In this document: positions 62,691-64,000 of the stretch, in pieces
Numbering within the stretch: the stretch's first letter is position 1
How the letters are laid out: each line of letters begins with the position of its first letter
Assembly (NCBI GenBank): GCA_051530055.1
Contig: CM121342.1
Coordinates: 11,175,480-11,239,479 of the forward strand
Reading direction: 5' to 3'
From: Neoechinorhynchus agilis
Taxonomy: Eukaryota; Animalia; Acanthocephala
DNA: 64,000 nucleotides
Translations under genes and position numbers: made by a program
The notes under the pieces: model-generated
Databases searched by the model: none
What the model saw: only the letters and a program-made list of their open reading frames with translations
What the model was told of the DNA's origin: nothing

Positions 62691-64000
62691 AACATTTCTT
62701 TTACCAGTCTCCCTTAGGCGTCCCTGTCAATGTTCGTCCCTTAAAATCTTCAGGATTTTCGCGACCTTATCAGAAATTACGCCCGGTTTTGCGATTGTGC
62801 TAAAGTTTTGCACTATATATTTGATATTTTCCTTATCGACCTTTTCAAATGTCCCAAAAGCTCTAGTTTCGTTTAGAAAAGCTGTGGTTTTAATTGTAGG
62901 GGTAAGGAGAAAACATTTTCACAGTTAACAACTCAACTAATGCGATTTTTTAGACTTATAGCAAACAACGCACATCGTAAAAAAGCGCGTTGATTACAAA
63001 GTGGATCCATGTACTCGAGAGTGGTTCTTCTTCTCTCGGCAGGTTTATCTACGGGGCTGAAAAGAGTTTTCCGGGACATAAAGAGCATTAGAAATGCCGG
63101 AGGATTTTGCAAGTTTCGATACCTAATTGCCTTTGTTTATTTCAATTCTTCCTTTCTTCGTTTGCTTCTGAAACGGTTGCTTCATTGTGGATGGTTTTCC
63201 TCTACGCAGTTCAGTCGGCTGTAAGATTTTCGCATTTTTGTAGTTAATGTCGAAATTTCTCATCGAGTGTATTATCTGATCTTTAAATCTCTCGTTTTGG
63301 GGCTTCTCTGGACGCTTTCCATATCCGGGTTGTTCAAATAGACGTTGTTTGGGGTTCTAGAGCAGTGTTTCTCTAACATTTTTGTCTGTTGACACAGTAA
63401 AAAAAAATTTACAATTGCGGCGTACCGGCAACGTCAACAGTCATTTTATAATAAAGTGAAAGATTATTTTGTTTGCTTTTAGCCAAAATTAAACTTTATC
63501 CACCTTACATCCCGGTCCGAAACTATTCACAAATAAATCGAATTGTTTACATTTGGTCTCTGGTAGTTGATAGGTCCGCTCTATCATTGATCTATAGTCC
63601 GTATTATTGGAATCTTGAGCCCACGTTCACATACTTGCAGATGTTCAAGTGATAAACTATTTAAAAATGATTGCAAGGGTCTCAATCCACCTTAAGTTGA
63701 TAAAATAACTACCTAAGCTTATTAACGAATCTTATAAAAAATAAGGTTCTAGGGCCAGAGGAGAAATTATTGTTTTCAATAAACGATAAAAATTGGTGAG
63801 ACAACAAGAACGTGTCTAGAACGTTGACAAACCTTGATAATTTGACAATTATCCTACGAGATATCGGAAATTAATCAGTGAATTTAAATCGGGGTGGCAA
63901 AACTACCCAAAGAAAGTATCTTTTCACTAGAAGACAATAATCTAAAACATTTGATTTCATTAAAAGTACTTTTCAAAAATTTTAATAAAAAATCTGTGCT

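Noticed and set aside
59340-62700. Spliced-leader, tRNA or snRNA target genes near the CRE-like copies
   Set aside because: No tRNA A/B boxes, Sm site with matching stems, or rRNA similarity recognised.
63355-63380. Buster-like TIR CAGTGTTTCTC preceded by TTCTAGAG (nnnTAnnn)
   Set aside because: No matching right end or transposase inside the window.

Overview
Eukaryotic (metazoan) genomic DNA from a compact, AT-rich, fast-evolving genome. Most introns are short (about 37-60 nt) and GT-AG. Recognisable genes: an SLC6 transporter (3' part), SEC22B, two tandem HSD17B10 copies, a FoxP-like factor, a LIV-1 ZIP transporter, YME1L1, two head-to-head SHMT copies, a truncated zinc ADH, an NPC2/ML-domain protein, WDR6 and a divergent ArgRS-like gene. 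These are interspersed with decayed Penelope-like, hAT (Buster), Gypsy, L2/CR1-like, RTE-like and CRE-like elements, several foldback/MITE palindromes and a ~215-bp satellite. Main unexplained signals: (1) several otherwise intact housekeeping genes (SEC22B, YME1L1, SHMT, HSD17B10, possibly ArgRS-like) carry intervening sequences for which I find no GT-AG pair that restores the conserved reading frame and length; several are flanked by degenerate in-frame direct repeats; (2) the inverted SHMT pair is a mosaic of two near-identical blocks (395 and 739 bp) and three divergent blocks; (3) the FoxP DNA-recognition helix lacks its invariant base-contacting residues; (4) the ArgRS paralogue lacks its arginine-binding residues. 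All alignments and splice models were done by eye against remembered reference sequences. Transposon boundaries are approximate, the species is not identified, and assembly error cannot be excluded for single-base effects.
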